Part shown: piece after piece, positions 16,442 to 23,844 of the stretch | Layout of the letters: every line of letters starts with the position of its first letter | Numbering within the stretch: position 1 is the first letter of the stretch | DNA from: a virus | Length of the DNA: 37,163 nt | Virus genome (UHGV): UHGV-0392283 | Direction: 5' to 3' (one strand) | Notes under the pieces: model-generated | Seen by the model: only the letters and a program-made list of their open reading frames with translations | The model's database searches: none | Told to the model about the DNA's origin: nothing | Position numbers and translations under genes: made by a program

Positions 16442-17639
16442 CTCCTTGTGCTTTTAATAACGTTATTTTACTTAAATCATCTAGTTTATAATAACCAGAT
16501 GGAACTAAAACACTATCACCACCATCTATTAATGACATACCTAAAATTCTCTTAGCATTATTTATGCTATAAGCACCATTTTGTAGATACTTACAAATTA
16601 TTTCAGCTTGTGTTTTGGCATCTGTCCTTAACATTACAGATTGATTAAATCTACATTTAAATCCATTTTCTCTATCTTTAGAACTTAGATATTTCCAGTC
16701 TAATTCTTGTTCAATTTGCTGGAATTTAATTAATAAAGTATCAGCTAAAAATCCTAAGTTTTGCATTTCCATATTATTATTATTGGAATCGCTTAGGTCA
16801 TTAATTTGTGCTGGACTTAATCCAAAACAGTTAGCAATTTCTCTTCTACTTAACTTCCTAAGTTGCTCAAATTGGGCATCTGCAAGAGATAAATTTAAAC
16901 TAGATATACTGTAACCAGCTGGAACAGTAAATGTTCTACCATTAGAAGAATATAACTTATCAAACTTTTCCTGAGTCTCTTTAAGTTTCTTGTTATCTTT
17001 AATATCACTTGTTAATTGCACAAGAATTTTATTAGTTAGTCCATTATCAAAGAGTTTATTTAAATATTCCGAGCTTTTAATATTAGTATTAATTATATTT
17101 GTTAATAAAGATCTATTTGATTTAGTTTTTAAACCATCGAAACTTATTCCAGATTTATAAATACATAAATCTTCTTCTTTTACATCAAAGTTACTTCCAC
17201 AAACTGTAATATTATATAATGTTGCATTTTTCTTTAATGTTTTTATTAAACCCAGATTATCTATTAATATATCTTCTATTTTAGCTGGATATAAATCCAT
17301 AGTTTTTCTATCTATATATAATCCGCTTATACCATAGTGTTCTCCTAATGCTATTAAAGTCTTAATACAATCAACTGCATTCATATAAGGATTTGGTCTA
17401 AGTCTTAATTTTTCATGCAATTTATGCTTATAAGCTTCTAATTCACCTTTTTCAGTATCCTGTTTTAGAATTATAGGACATTTAGCAACACTCTCACTAA
17501 TATATTTAATACATTTAAAATATGTACTTTCTTTTAGTGCATTATCTTCAGTTTCAAAACCATTTTTAAGTAATTCTCCAAAAGTATATTTTTGTAAAGT
17601 TTCTTCTGTACTTCTTTTTTCTAATCTATCCCAATACAT
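16425..17639 (-). CDS. Portal protein (HK97 family)
   Basis: 404 aa, downstream of the large terminase. RBS AAAGGGGG. The ATG overlaps the stop of an upstream small ORF (TAATG). Confidence 0.65.
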   Translation of the reverse strand: MYWDRLEKRSTEETLQKYTFGELLKNGFETEDNALKESTYFKCIKYISESVAKCPIILKQDTEKGELEAYKHKLHEKLRLRPNPYMNAVDCIKTLIALGEHYGISGLYIDRKTMDLYPAKIEDILIDNLGLIKTLKKNATLYNITVCGSNFDVKEEDLCIYKSGISFDGLKTKSNRSLLTNIINTNIKSSEYLNKLFDNGLTNKILVQLTSDIKDNKKLKETQEKFDKLYSSNGRTFTVPAGYSISSLNLSLADAQFEQLRKLSRREIANCFGLSPAQINDLSDSNNNNMEMQNLGFLADTLLIKFQQIEQELDWKYLSSKDRENGFKCRFNQSVMLRTDAKTQAEIICKYLQNGAYSINNAKRILGMSLIDGGDSVLVPSGYYKLDDLSKITLLKAQGGVKSE

Positions 17640-17830
17640 TACTTACTACCCCCTTTCTGAATAAAATAACTTTCTACAAATAAGCCTAAAGCTAGTAAGT
17701 AAAAAGCTATATATTTATTTAATGTAAAAGTAGTTGTAAAGAATATTAGAAAGGATATTTTTACTAATAAATCAGATACAAAAGTTGCATCTTTTAATTT
17801 CTTTTTAATAAAATTCAGTAACTTTTTAAT
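17639..17830 (-). CDS. Small two-helix membrane protein ORF with no canonical start (AGGAGG followed by ATTATTATT), translationally coupled to the portal gene
   Basis: Open frame (I)IKKLLNFIKKKLKDATFVSDLLVKISFLIFFTTTFTLNKYIAFYLLALGLFVESYFIQKGGSK*. The stop is TAA inside TAATG at the portal start. A strong RBS lies at 17838-17843. No ATG, GTG or TTG in frame. Confidence 0.3.
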   Translation of the reverse strand: MKKLLNFIKKKLKDATFVSDLLVKISFLIFFTTTFTLNKYIAFYLLALGLFVESYFIQKGGSK

Positions 17831-17843
17831 AATAATCCCTCCT

Positions 17844-19559
17844 TTACCAATCCATTTTTTCTAATGAAGCAAATGGATCATAGTGTTCAATTTCATTATC
17901 TTCTATAGCCAATCCTAAACCCATTAGCATAGCTATTATTCCATCGATTTTAAACCTAGATCTCTTTTTACTATATTTACAATCAAGTTGTTCATTATAA
18001 ACAGCAATACAATTACTAGCCATAAAATCAAATAAACTATTTTTAGCAATTACAAGCCTATTATCTATAAGTAAATTTTCAAAGTCTTTTATGAAAACAT
18101 TCATAGTAACTGTTCCTTGTCCTAAAGGTGCAATATTCCATTCATCCTCTAATACATTCATAATTGTTGGTGTACCATATCTATCAAATCCAAGTTTTTC
18201 AAAATCATATTCATTGCTTAAATTTTTTATGTAATCTAACACACTATTAAATCTTATATAGCGTCCTTTTGTAGCTATTAATTCACCATTTTTAATCCAT
18301 GTAGAATAAGGATTTTTATCTCTTTCTTCTCTTTCCATTACAGTATCCTTTGCTGTAAATAGATGCGGGAATATATAATATTTATCATCTTCTTCTCTGT
18401 AAAATACTTGGACAAATCCAGTGATATCCTTTTGAGATGATAAATCTAAACCACACCAACATTTCTCACCTTTGAAGTCTTCTAGTTTTATGTCTTGTAT
18501 GCACTGTTCCCACAATTCCATGTTAATTGCATTTTTAATATGGTCTGTTGCAACATGTTGATTTAAAAACATTCTTCTAAATATATTTTCTTGTAAAGGC
18601 ATCAAAGATACTCTATTACAAAGGTTAACTATATCTTCTACATTTCTAAATAAACCAAGTGCTGGATTAGCCTTAAACCATTGTCTTACATCATCAATCT
18701 CACAATCTTTATCAGCTTCATATATTTTATAGTAAAAAGATTCATCTACACCTTTTCCTTCTTCTATATTTTTAGCTGTTGTATATAATTGCATTTCCAA
18801 ATTAAAAGGATCTTCACCAGAACTTGCAGTTGTTAAAGTAATTGCTAATGGTTCTCTCCATTGACCTGTACCAGTCTTTAATTTCCCATATATTGCATCA
18901 CTTTTATATTCATGAATTTCATCACAAGCAAAGCTATAAACTGAATAAGAGTCAGCTCCACCACCATCATTGCTTAAAACTATTAGTTTATTACCGTTAT
19001 CTTTTCTTATTATTTCTTTTCTTGAATCTGTAATTTTACATTTTTTTCTTAGGGCTTTATTGCTATTAACAAAACACTTAAAAGTATTATATAATTCACT
19101 TGCTTGCTTAGTTGTATTACCAGTTATAATAAATAAAGCTCCAAATATCTCTTTTTGCATAAAGAATATATAACTCATAATAATTCCAACTAAAAAAGAT
19201 TTAGAGTTTTTTCGCCCAACATTTATATGAGCTTCTCTAAATCTTCTCAAATTATCTTTTCTTCTTTTAACACATAAAATTTCAACTATTATTTCAAATT
19301 GAAATCTTAAAATGGTAAATTTCCTAGAAGTTCCTTTATCATTTTTTAATAAACTTATATATTTATAAATTTTTATACTTTCTTTTTCATCAAAATAATA
19401 TTTATCATCGTTCCATTTTTCTTTAAGTTCTTCATTGATTTTATCAAGTTGAAAAGTTTGTTTTATTTTATTTTCTTCAAGTAATTTATCTAATAATTCT
19501 TCATTAATCATTAAATAACTGCTCCATTTCTCTATCTTCTTCAGTATAGAATTCACCAT
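17844..19559 (-). CDS. terL: Terminase large subunit. True start is probably MINEELL at ~19511.
   Basis: 571 aa. ATPase plus nuclease architecture (GADSYSVYSFACDEIHEY...). The N-terminal 16 codons overlap terS. Confidence 0.75.
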   Translation of the reverse strand: MVNSILKKIEKWSSYLMINEELLDKLLEENKIKQTFQLDKINEELKEKWNDDKYYFDEKESIKIYKYISLLKNDKGTSRKFTILRFQFEIIVEILCVKRRKDNLRRFREAHINVGRKNSKSFLVGIIMSYIFFMQKEIFGALFIITGNTTKQASELYNTFKCFVNSNKALRKKCKITDSRKEIIRKDNGNKLIVLSNDGGGADSYSVYSFACDEIHEYKSDAIYGKLKTGTGQWREPLAITLTTASSGEDPFNLEMQLYTTAKNIEEGKGVDESFYYKIYEADKDCEIDDVRQWFKANPALGLFRNVEDIVNLCNRVSLMPLQENIFRRMFLNQHVATDHIKNAINMELWEQCIQDIKLEDFKGEKCWCGLDLSSQKDITGFVQVFYREEDDKYYIFPHLFTAKDTVMEREERDKNPYSTWIKNGELIATKGRYIRFNSVLDYIKNLSNEYDFEKLGFDRYGTPTIMNVLEDEWNIAPLGQGTVTMNVFIKDFENLLIDNRLVIAKNSLFDFMASNCIAVYNEQLDCKYSKKRSRFKIDGIIAMLMGLGLAIEDNEIEHYDPFASLEKMDW

Positions 19560-19902
19560 TATCTTTAGCCTTAGATTTATTCATTCTTGCTCTTGAAGCT
19601 GGAGTTAATCCTAATTCTTTCATCCAGTTTCTCATTTCCTGTTCAGCATTCTTTTTAAGTTGACAGTAAGGATGCTGCTGAGGATATCCATTAGGACTTT
19701 TTATTATGTAACCTGATTCCTCCAATAAATTAGAAAATTTTAGAACATCTGAATAACAAGAACAATATCTTTCTAATGCTTTAGTATCTATACTTTCAAA
19801 GTCTTTTTTCTGTTCTTCTAAAATTTTTAATATTCTTTTCCACTCTTTTTTTCCTTCTTTATCTAAAAGTGAAGGGCATTTTATTTTAGTCAAATTTATC
19901 AT
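19504..19902 (-). CDS. terS: Terminase small subunit (P27 family)
   Basis: 132 aa. ...GYPQQHPYCQLKKNAEQEMRNWMKELGLTPASRARM matches the P27-family C-terminus. RBS AAAGGAGG. Confidence 0.6.
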   Translation of the reverse strand: MINLTKIKCPSLLDKEGKKEWKRILKILEEQKKDFESIDTKALERYCSCYSDVLKFSNLLEESGYIIKSPNGYPQQHPYCQLKKNAEQEMRNWMKELGLTPASRARMNKSKAKDNGEFYTEEDREMEQLFND

Positions 19903-19910
19903 CCTCCTTT

Positions 19911-19994
19911 CAGCACCCCCCCTACCCTAAAAAAACACAAAATAATTTACGGAAGGTTGAGACCCGCGACTTTTTAATTTTTCTAACAAACTTT
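19911..19994. other. GC-rich island between the HNH and terS genes. Candidate cos or packaging site.
   Basis: cagcacccccctaccc and acggaaggttgagacccgcgac stand out in an AT-rich context, at the HNH-terS junction where cos sites of HNH-dependent cos phages lie. Confidence 0.25.
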
Positions 19995-20468
19995 TTAAAC
20001 TCCCCCACCTAACCTGAACTCATCCATGAACCTAGCCTTCAAATCAAACAATAATTCTTGCATCTTAGCCTTATTTCCATTATTGTATTCTCTATGCACT
20101 ATTCTATGATTCCTTTCTGTTAAGTAAATAAGATTATCTTTATTTAATCTCTTATCAAAATCATCACTTAATTCAATGATATGATGAACTCTTTCTCCTT
20201 GAGTAATTCTATTTAACTTATAGTAATCAATTACATCTATTGCTAAGGTATCTATTATTGCACCTTGCTTACCCAACTCCCATTCTTTACTTGAATAGAA
20301 GTTCTGATATTTCTTTTGCTCTTTATCTTGTCTCCTACGATTAGCATACTCTCTATATCTTTTCTTTTCTTCTTCATCAACTTTCTTCTGATGATAATTG
20401 CAATACTTTATTCCATCACTTAGGATACGAGTACAACCATGCCAACTACACTGTTTTAATATTGCCAT
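19995..20468 (-). CDS. Phage HNH endonuclease (terminase-associated)
   Basis: 157 aa. CSWHGC...C..H zinc site and ERVHHIIELSDDFDKRLNKDNLIYLTERNHRIVH HNH motif. Lies immediately upstream of terS. RBS GGAGGTG. Confidence 0.7.
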   Translation of the reverse strand: MAILKQCSWHGCTRILSDGIKYCNYHQKKVDEEEKKRYREYANRRRQDKEQKKYQNFYSSKEWELGKQGAIIDTLAIDVIDYYKLNRITQGERVHHIIELSDDFDKRLNKDNLIYLTERNHRIVHREYNNGNKAKMQELLFDLKARFMDEFRLGGGV

Positions 20469-20554
20469 TAGTTAAACACCTCCATTAAAAGGATTTTAAT
20501 TATCTTTTATAGAATTAATTATTTAAGGGATAGTTAAAGAAAGGATCTGATAGT

Positions 20555-20725
20555 ATGGCAAAGAACACAGGAAAAGGTAGTAGAAAAGGTGCGGTAAAAA
20601 GTAGAACCCAAACATATAACCCTAAAACAGATACTTGGGTAAAAAGAGATAGTTCAACTGGCAGATTTATTGATGGTAAAACCTCAAGTAGTACCCCATT
20701 TAAAGGAGTAACTAAAGAGAACTAA
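20555..20725 (+). CDS. Small basic hypothetical protein (56 aa)
   Basis: Manual translation MAKNTGKGSRKGAVKSRTQTYNPKTDTWVKRDSSTGRFIDGKTSSSTPFKGVTKEN*. RBS GAAAGGA. Flanked by a 9-bp inverted repeat GGGATAGTT / AACTATCCC (20527-20535, 20741-20749). Confidence 0.3.
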   Translation: MAKNTGKGSRKGAVKSRTQTYNPKTDTWVKRDSSTGRFIDGKTSSSTPFKGVTKEN

Positions 20726-20830
20726 TCTTAGTTTAATATCAACTATCCCTTAATTTAGGGTATAAAAAAAGAAGCTATTAATTAGCTTCTTAATTCTATA
20801 TTTTCCTTTTCTTTATAGTTTTTTATATTA

Positions 20831-20874
20831 TTTTTTTGCATAATAAAAAGCTACAAAACAATATGCAGCTCTTC
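20831..20874 (-). terminator. Repeated ~44-bp terminator module (TTTTTTGCATAAtAAAAAGCTACAaAAcAaTATGCAGCTCTTC), copy 1
   Basis: On the minus strand: AGCUGCA...UGUAGCU stem with one G-U pair, then a U-rich tail. ~85% identical to 34754-34798, with a partial copy at 25164-25183. Confidence 0.4.
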
Positions 20875-20879
20875 ATTTA

Positions 20880-21239
20880 TCATCTATCTTTTTCTTGGTT
20901 ACTTTCATCCATTTTCTTATCTAATTGATTTAAAAACTCGTTAAGTCTTTTATCAAATTCCTCTCTTTCTCTCCTATCCCTTTCTTCTCTTTTCTTATTT
21001 TCTTCATGTAACTGTTTTCTTCCTTCTTCTGTTAAAACTGAAGGAATATTTGGGTATGGATCTACTAATTTATTTTTTTCTCGCTCTTCTCTAGATTTTT
21101 TAATCTTTGAGTTGACTCTAGACTGTCTAATTGCTACAACTATTAATAAAAATATCAACAATAATATCTGCATTGCTTTACCTTTTCTCCTTATCTTATT
21201 TGTTAAGATAATTATAACACTTTTACATAATTTTAACAA
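20880..21239 (-). CDS. Small membrane-anchored protein with a charged coiled-coil tail (start probably MQILLL at ~21173)
   Basis: Transmembrane helix ILLLIFLLIVVAI followed by a Lys/Glu/Arg-rich segment. Confidence 0.35.
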   Translation of the reverse strand: MLKLCKSVIIILTNKIRRKGKAMQILLLIFLLIVVAIRQSRVNSKIKKSREEREKNKLVDPYPNIPSVLTEEGRKQLHEENKKREERDRREREEFDKRLNEFLNQLDKKMDESNQEKDR

Positions 21240-21250
21240 TTTTATTAAAT

Positions 21251-21284
21251 AAAAAAGAACCTAGTTTGTCCACTAGGTTCATAT
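21251..21284 (-). terminator. Terminator hairpin GAACCTAG...CTAGGTTC (copy A of a duplicated module)
   Basis: 8-bp stem and 8-nt loop, followed by a U-run on the minus strand. Identical at 32 of 34 positions (mismatches at 21265 and 21270) to 22270-22303 in an ungapped alignment. Confidence 0.55.
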
Positions 21285-21299
21285 TTATATACTGTTTAT

Positions 21300-21908
21300 T
21301 TAAGTTCTTGTTGCTGCAACTTCTTCAAAGGCGACAGTTTTTAGATTTTTACCATGTTCAATTTTTGTTATCTTTCTATCTGTTATCTTTCTTCTAACTT
21401 GTTTTTTTACATAATAGTTTCCATGATGTACTAGGAATGTTTCTGGATAATAATAATTTGACGCTTTTGCCAAACATAAATGTATATATAATTTTTGCTT
21501 AACTAAATAAAATATCATATTAGATTTTATTAAAGTACCTTCTTCCCCATCATTTACTTTTAATTTCTTTTTGTTGAAAATAACAATTTTTTCATTATAA
21601 AGTAGGTCTTCAATTAAATAAAACCATTTCAATTTATCTTCAATCTTACTAAAATACACACTTTTAGATATTATTGAATAATCTAAATCCAAATTAGTTA
21701 GTTTTTTATAAATTAAAGATGCTGCAACCTTCTTTTCTGACAAATCTTTTAAAATTTCAATATCTTTTAATTTATGTAATCCAAGCAAATGTGGTAAATT
21801 TGATGGTATAATTTTAACTCTAAAATGATAATTATTATCTAATTTTAAATTGTATATTTTGCATTCTACATTTTTAAATGCTTTAACGCTTTTTTCTAAA
21901 ACATCCAT
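21300..21908 (-). CDS. Hypothetical protein (202 aa from M7). Possible nuclease (H..GLHK motif).
   Basis: GGAGT RBS 8 nt before the ATG at 21908. The track's upstream ATG at 21926 has no RBS. No recognisable family. Confidence 0.45.
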   Translation of the reverse strand: MDVLEKSVKAFKNVECKIYNLKLDNNYHFRVKIIPSNLPHLLGLHKLKDIEILKDLSEKKVAASLIYKKLTNLDLDYSIISKSVYFSKIEDKLKWFYLIEDLLYNEKIVIFNKKKLKVNDGEEGTLIKSNMIFYLVKQKLYIHLCLAKASNYYYPETFLVHHGNYYVKKQVRRKITDRKITKIEHGKNLKTVAFEEVAATRT

Positions 21909-21934
21909 TTTTATACTCCAAAACATAAATAAAG

Positions 21935-21963
21935 AGTGTCTTACTTAAAATAAATAAGACACT
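21935..21963 (-). terminator. Attenuator or terminator-like hairpin (AGTGTCTTA...TAAGACACT) plus U-tract immediately upstream of the 21908 RBS
   Basis: 9-bp perfect stem. On the minus strand it is followed by cuuuauuuauguuuugg and then the RBS and ATG. Confidence 0.4.
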
Positions 21964-22215
21964 TATAAACAAGTTATGAGCATTTTTTATGTTTCGAGTT
22001 TCCTCTAGCTATAAACAGGATCATGCACAACCATCCTACTATCTCCACACTCACCTTATAGCAAGGCTAATGCTTCTTAGATAAAGCCACCATTTCACTT
22101 ACCTTATTTAAGCCCCTGTAAGTTCAGAAGGGGACATGTGGTGACACACGTTAGTAAGTATTCTACACATACATACTACAAGTATTTTAAATAAACTGTA
22201 ATTATTTAAATTACA
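21964..22215 (-). ncRNA. Candidate ~250-nt structured leader or ncRNA. A GC-enriched ORF-free segment between a consensus promoter and the attenuator hairpin.
   Basis: No ORF on either strand. GC content is visibly higher than the flanks. Internal hairpin GCCCCTG...CAGGGGC, and AGGUGAG / GGAGAUA motifs. No tandem repeats. No confident riboswitch match by eye. Confidence 0.3.
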
Positions 22216-22220
22216 ACTTT

Positions 22221-22249
22221 ATTATAAACCCTTTTACAACTATTGTCAA
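22221..22249 (-). promoter_or_regulatory. Consensus sigma-A promoter on the minus strand (TTGACA-17 bp-TATAAT) driving the leader and the 21908 gene
   Basis: Minus strand reads TTGACAatagttgtaaaagggttTATAAT. -35 at 22244-22249 and -10 at 22221-22226. Confidence 0.45.
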
Positions 22250-22269
22250 ATAAATATTTTTCATATAAT

Positions 22270-22303
22270 AAAAAAGAACCTAGCTTGTACACTAGGTTCA
22301 TAT
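22270..22303 (-). terminator. Terminator hairpin GAACCTAG...CTAGGTTC (copy B), after toxN
   Basis: Near-identical to 21251-21284. Lies directly 3' of the toxN stop. Confidence 0.55.
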
Positions 22304-22306
22304 ATA

Positions 22307-22840
22307 TTATTTTTTAATATTTATTTGATTTGAAATTGCTGAAACTTCTTTTTTCTTACAATAATTATTATATGCTATTTCTAATTTTCTAAAATCACAG
22401 CAGTTTTTATAATTATAATCTTTTTCATTACAGCCCCATTTGTAAACTCTTTTTGCTAATTTTTTAATTGCCTCAGCGTTTTCTCTACACCAAGAAAGTT
22501 CTTTTCTAATCAAACTTATACTTTTAGTATTCCAATAATTATTTATAATAAATCTTTTCACAACAGTATCATTTACTGGTATCATAAAACATAATCTAAC
22601 CGAACCAACTACAACTAATTCTTCTGAGTATTTATCTCTAACTTTTATTAATAAATTTGTTTTTTGCTTTATAGGAAATGAAGATACCGGAGCAAAATAT
22701 TTAAATCCATTAATTTCTAAAATTATTCCAACATAAAACTTTGTATTTTTATATTCATAATCTGATACACTAGAATCTCCATAGGTTTTTAAATATTCTA
22801 AATATTTAGTATCAACCTCATAAAAATCTAATTTACTCAT
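22307..22840 (-). CDS. toxN: ToxN/AbiQ-family endoribonuclease toxin (type III toxin-antitoxin, abortive infection)
   Basis: MSKLDFYEVDTKYLEYLKTYGDSSVS...KNTKFYVGIILEINGFKYFAPVSSFPIKQ matches the ToxN/AbiQ N-terminal signature (FY.V...Y..YL...D..V...K...GI.LEI.G..Y.AP.SS). RBS AGAGG. An upstream terminator and repeats fit the type III architecture. Confidence 0.65.
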   Translation of the reverse strand: MSKLDFYEVDTKYLEYLKTYGDSSVSDYEYKNTKFYVGIILEINGFKYFAPVSSFPIKQKTNLLIKVRDKYSEELVVVGSVRLCFMIPVNDTVVKRFIINNYWNTKSISLIRKELSWCRENAEAIKKLAKRVYKWGCNEKDYNYKNCCDFRKLEIAYNNYCKKKEVSAISNQINIKK

Positions 22841-22864
22841 AATATACCTCTTAATATTAAAAAA

Positions 22865-22886
22865 AGAGATAGAAAAAACTATCTCT
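22865..22886 (-). terminator. Terminator hairpin (AGAGATAG aaaaaa CTATCTCT plus U-run) between the repeat region and toxN
   Basis: 8-bp perfect stem. On the minus strand it is followed by uuuuuuuaauauuaa and then the toxN RBS. Mirrors the attenuating terminator between toxI and toxN. Confidence 0.5.
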
Positions 22887-23030
22887 CTGAATTATAGTCC
22901 TTCTAATCTTTATAGAGCGAAGGGACTCTGAATATATATACTATTTTTTAAGGAAACAGAGAAAACCTTATATTATTCCGTTTTTAAAAGGACAGAAACC
23001 TTTGAATTATCTTTTTATGATTTAATATTA
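22887..23030 (-). ncRNA. Candidate ToxI-like antitoxin RNA: about 3 degenerate ~34-44-nt tandem repeats
   Basis: On the minus strand the units each begin ATAAT(T/A)(C/T)A. R1 is ataattcaaaggtttctgtccttttaaaaacgga, R2 is ataatataaggttttctctgtttccttaaaaaatagt, R3 is atatatattcagagtccc... . R1 and R2 are ~70% identical. Much more degenerate than characterised ToxI arrays. Confidence 0.3.
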
Positions 23031-23061
23031 TCATTTACGTAAATAATTTGTCAACTCCAAA

Positions 23062-23646
23062 CTACATTTTTATCATTTTTAAATACTTATAAATAGTTGT
23101 CCTACTCATATTACAAAGTCTTGCAAATTCAGTTAATTTAATATCTCCATCTTTATATAAGGGGTAATGTTTAAAAAATATATTAGGTATATCTTCTACT
23201 TTTGTTTTTGGTCTTCCTAATACCTTTCCTTTAGCTTTTGCATTTTCTAAACCTAATTTAACTCTATTGCTAATCATATTTCTTTCTAATTCAGAAAATA
23301 CTCCCATCATTTGAATCATCCCCATTGTAACTGGATCATATTCACCTTTGGTAAAATCTAAAATAAAAGAACCTATAATTAATTTAATTTTTTTATTTTT
23401 TGCAAATTCAATTATCTCTAATAACTGCTGCATACTTCTACTAATTCTACTAACTTCTACAGCTATCAAAGTATCATTTTCTTTAATTAAATCTAATAAT
23501 AAATTTAATTGTTCTCTATCTTTTTTAGTGCCAGATGCATACTCTTGAAAAATTCTTTCTGTTCCAAGCTTTTTTAATTCTCTTACTTGAGTTTGTATAT
23601 CTTGTAAATTTTCATTAGTAGAACATCTAGCATATCCATATATCAT
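23062..23646 (-). CDS. Small serine recombinase (resolvase or DNA invertase family)
   Basis: MIYGYARCSTNENLQDIQTQ... catalytic Ser motif (YARVST-like) and a C-terminal HTH (LCNMSRTTIYKYL). 194 aa. Confidence 0.75.
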   Translation of the reverse strand: MIYGYARCSTNENLQDIQTQVRELKKLGTERIFQEYASGTKKDREQLNLLLDLIKENDTLIAVEVSRISRSMQQLLEIIEFAKNKKIKLIIGSFILDFTKGEYDPVTMGMIQMMGVFSELERNMISNRVKLGLENAKAKGKVLGRPKTKVEDIPNIFFKHYPLYKDGDIKLTEFARLCNMSRTTIYKYLKMIKM

Positions 23647-23717
23647 AAATTTAACACCATCCTTAATAATATAATATGATATTACTCACTTATTTGTCAA
23701 AGAAAACTATTATTTAC

Positions 23718-23810
23718 TTTTGTGAACACTTTGTGCTAAATTAACCTTGATTTATATAGTAAAATTTAAACTTTTAAAGCGTTCACAAAAACAAGTAATT
23801 TTTTGAACAT
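23718..23810. promoter_or_regulatory. Inverted repeat TTTTGTGAAC / GTTCACAAAA plus a third half-site, upstream of the recombinase. Candidate res, hix or operator site.
   Basis: 10-bp perfect inverted repeat at 23718-23727 and 23781-23790. A related TTTTGAACA lies at 23801-23809. Confidence 0.3.
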
Positions 23811-23844
23811 TTAAAATAAAAGACTAAGCATATTAAACTTAGTC

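Noticed and set aside
18842-19173. Plus-strand ORFs 18842..19033 and 18970..19173 inside terL
   Set aside because: Antisense to the terminase large subunit. His/Leu-rich artefacts.
21909-21926. Upstream ATG (21926) given by the track as the start of the 21300 gene
   Set aside because: It has no RBS and sits only 8 nt after the attenuator hairpin. The in-frame ATG at 21908 has a GGAGT RBS at ideal spacing, so the upstream six codons are probably not translated.
22887-23030. Possibility that the repeats upstream of toxN are a CRISPR array or hix sites for the adjacent recombinase
   Set aside because: Units are ~34-44 nt with no spacer-repeat alternation and are too degenerate for CRISPR. Their orientation and the intervening terminator fit the toxI-toxN layout far better.
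23348-23548. Plus-strand 66-aa ORF inside the serine recombinase gene
   Set aside because: Antisense to a confidently identified gene.
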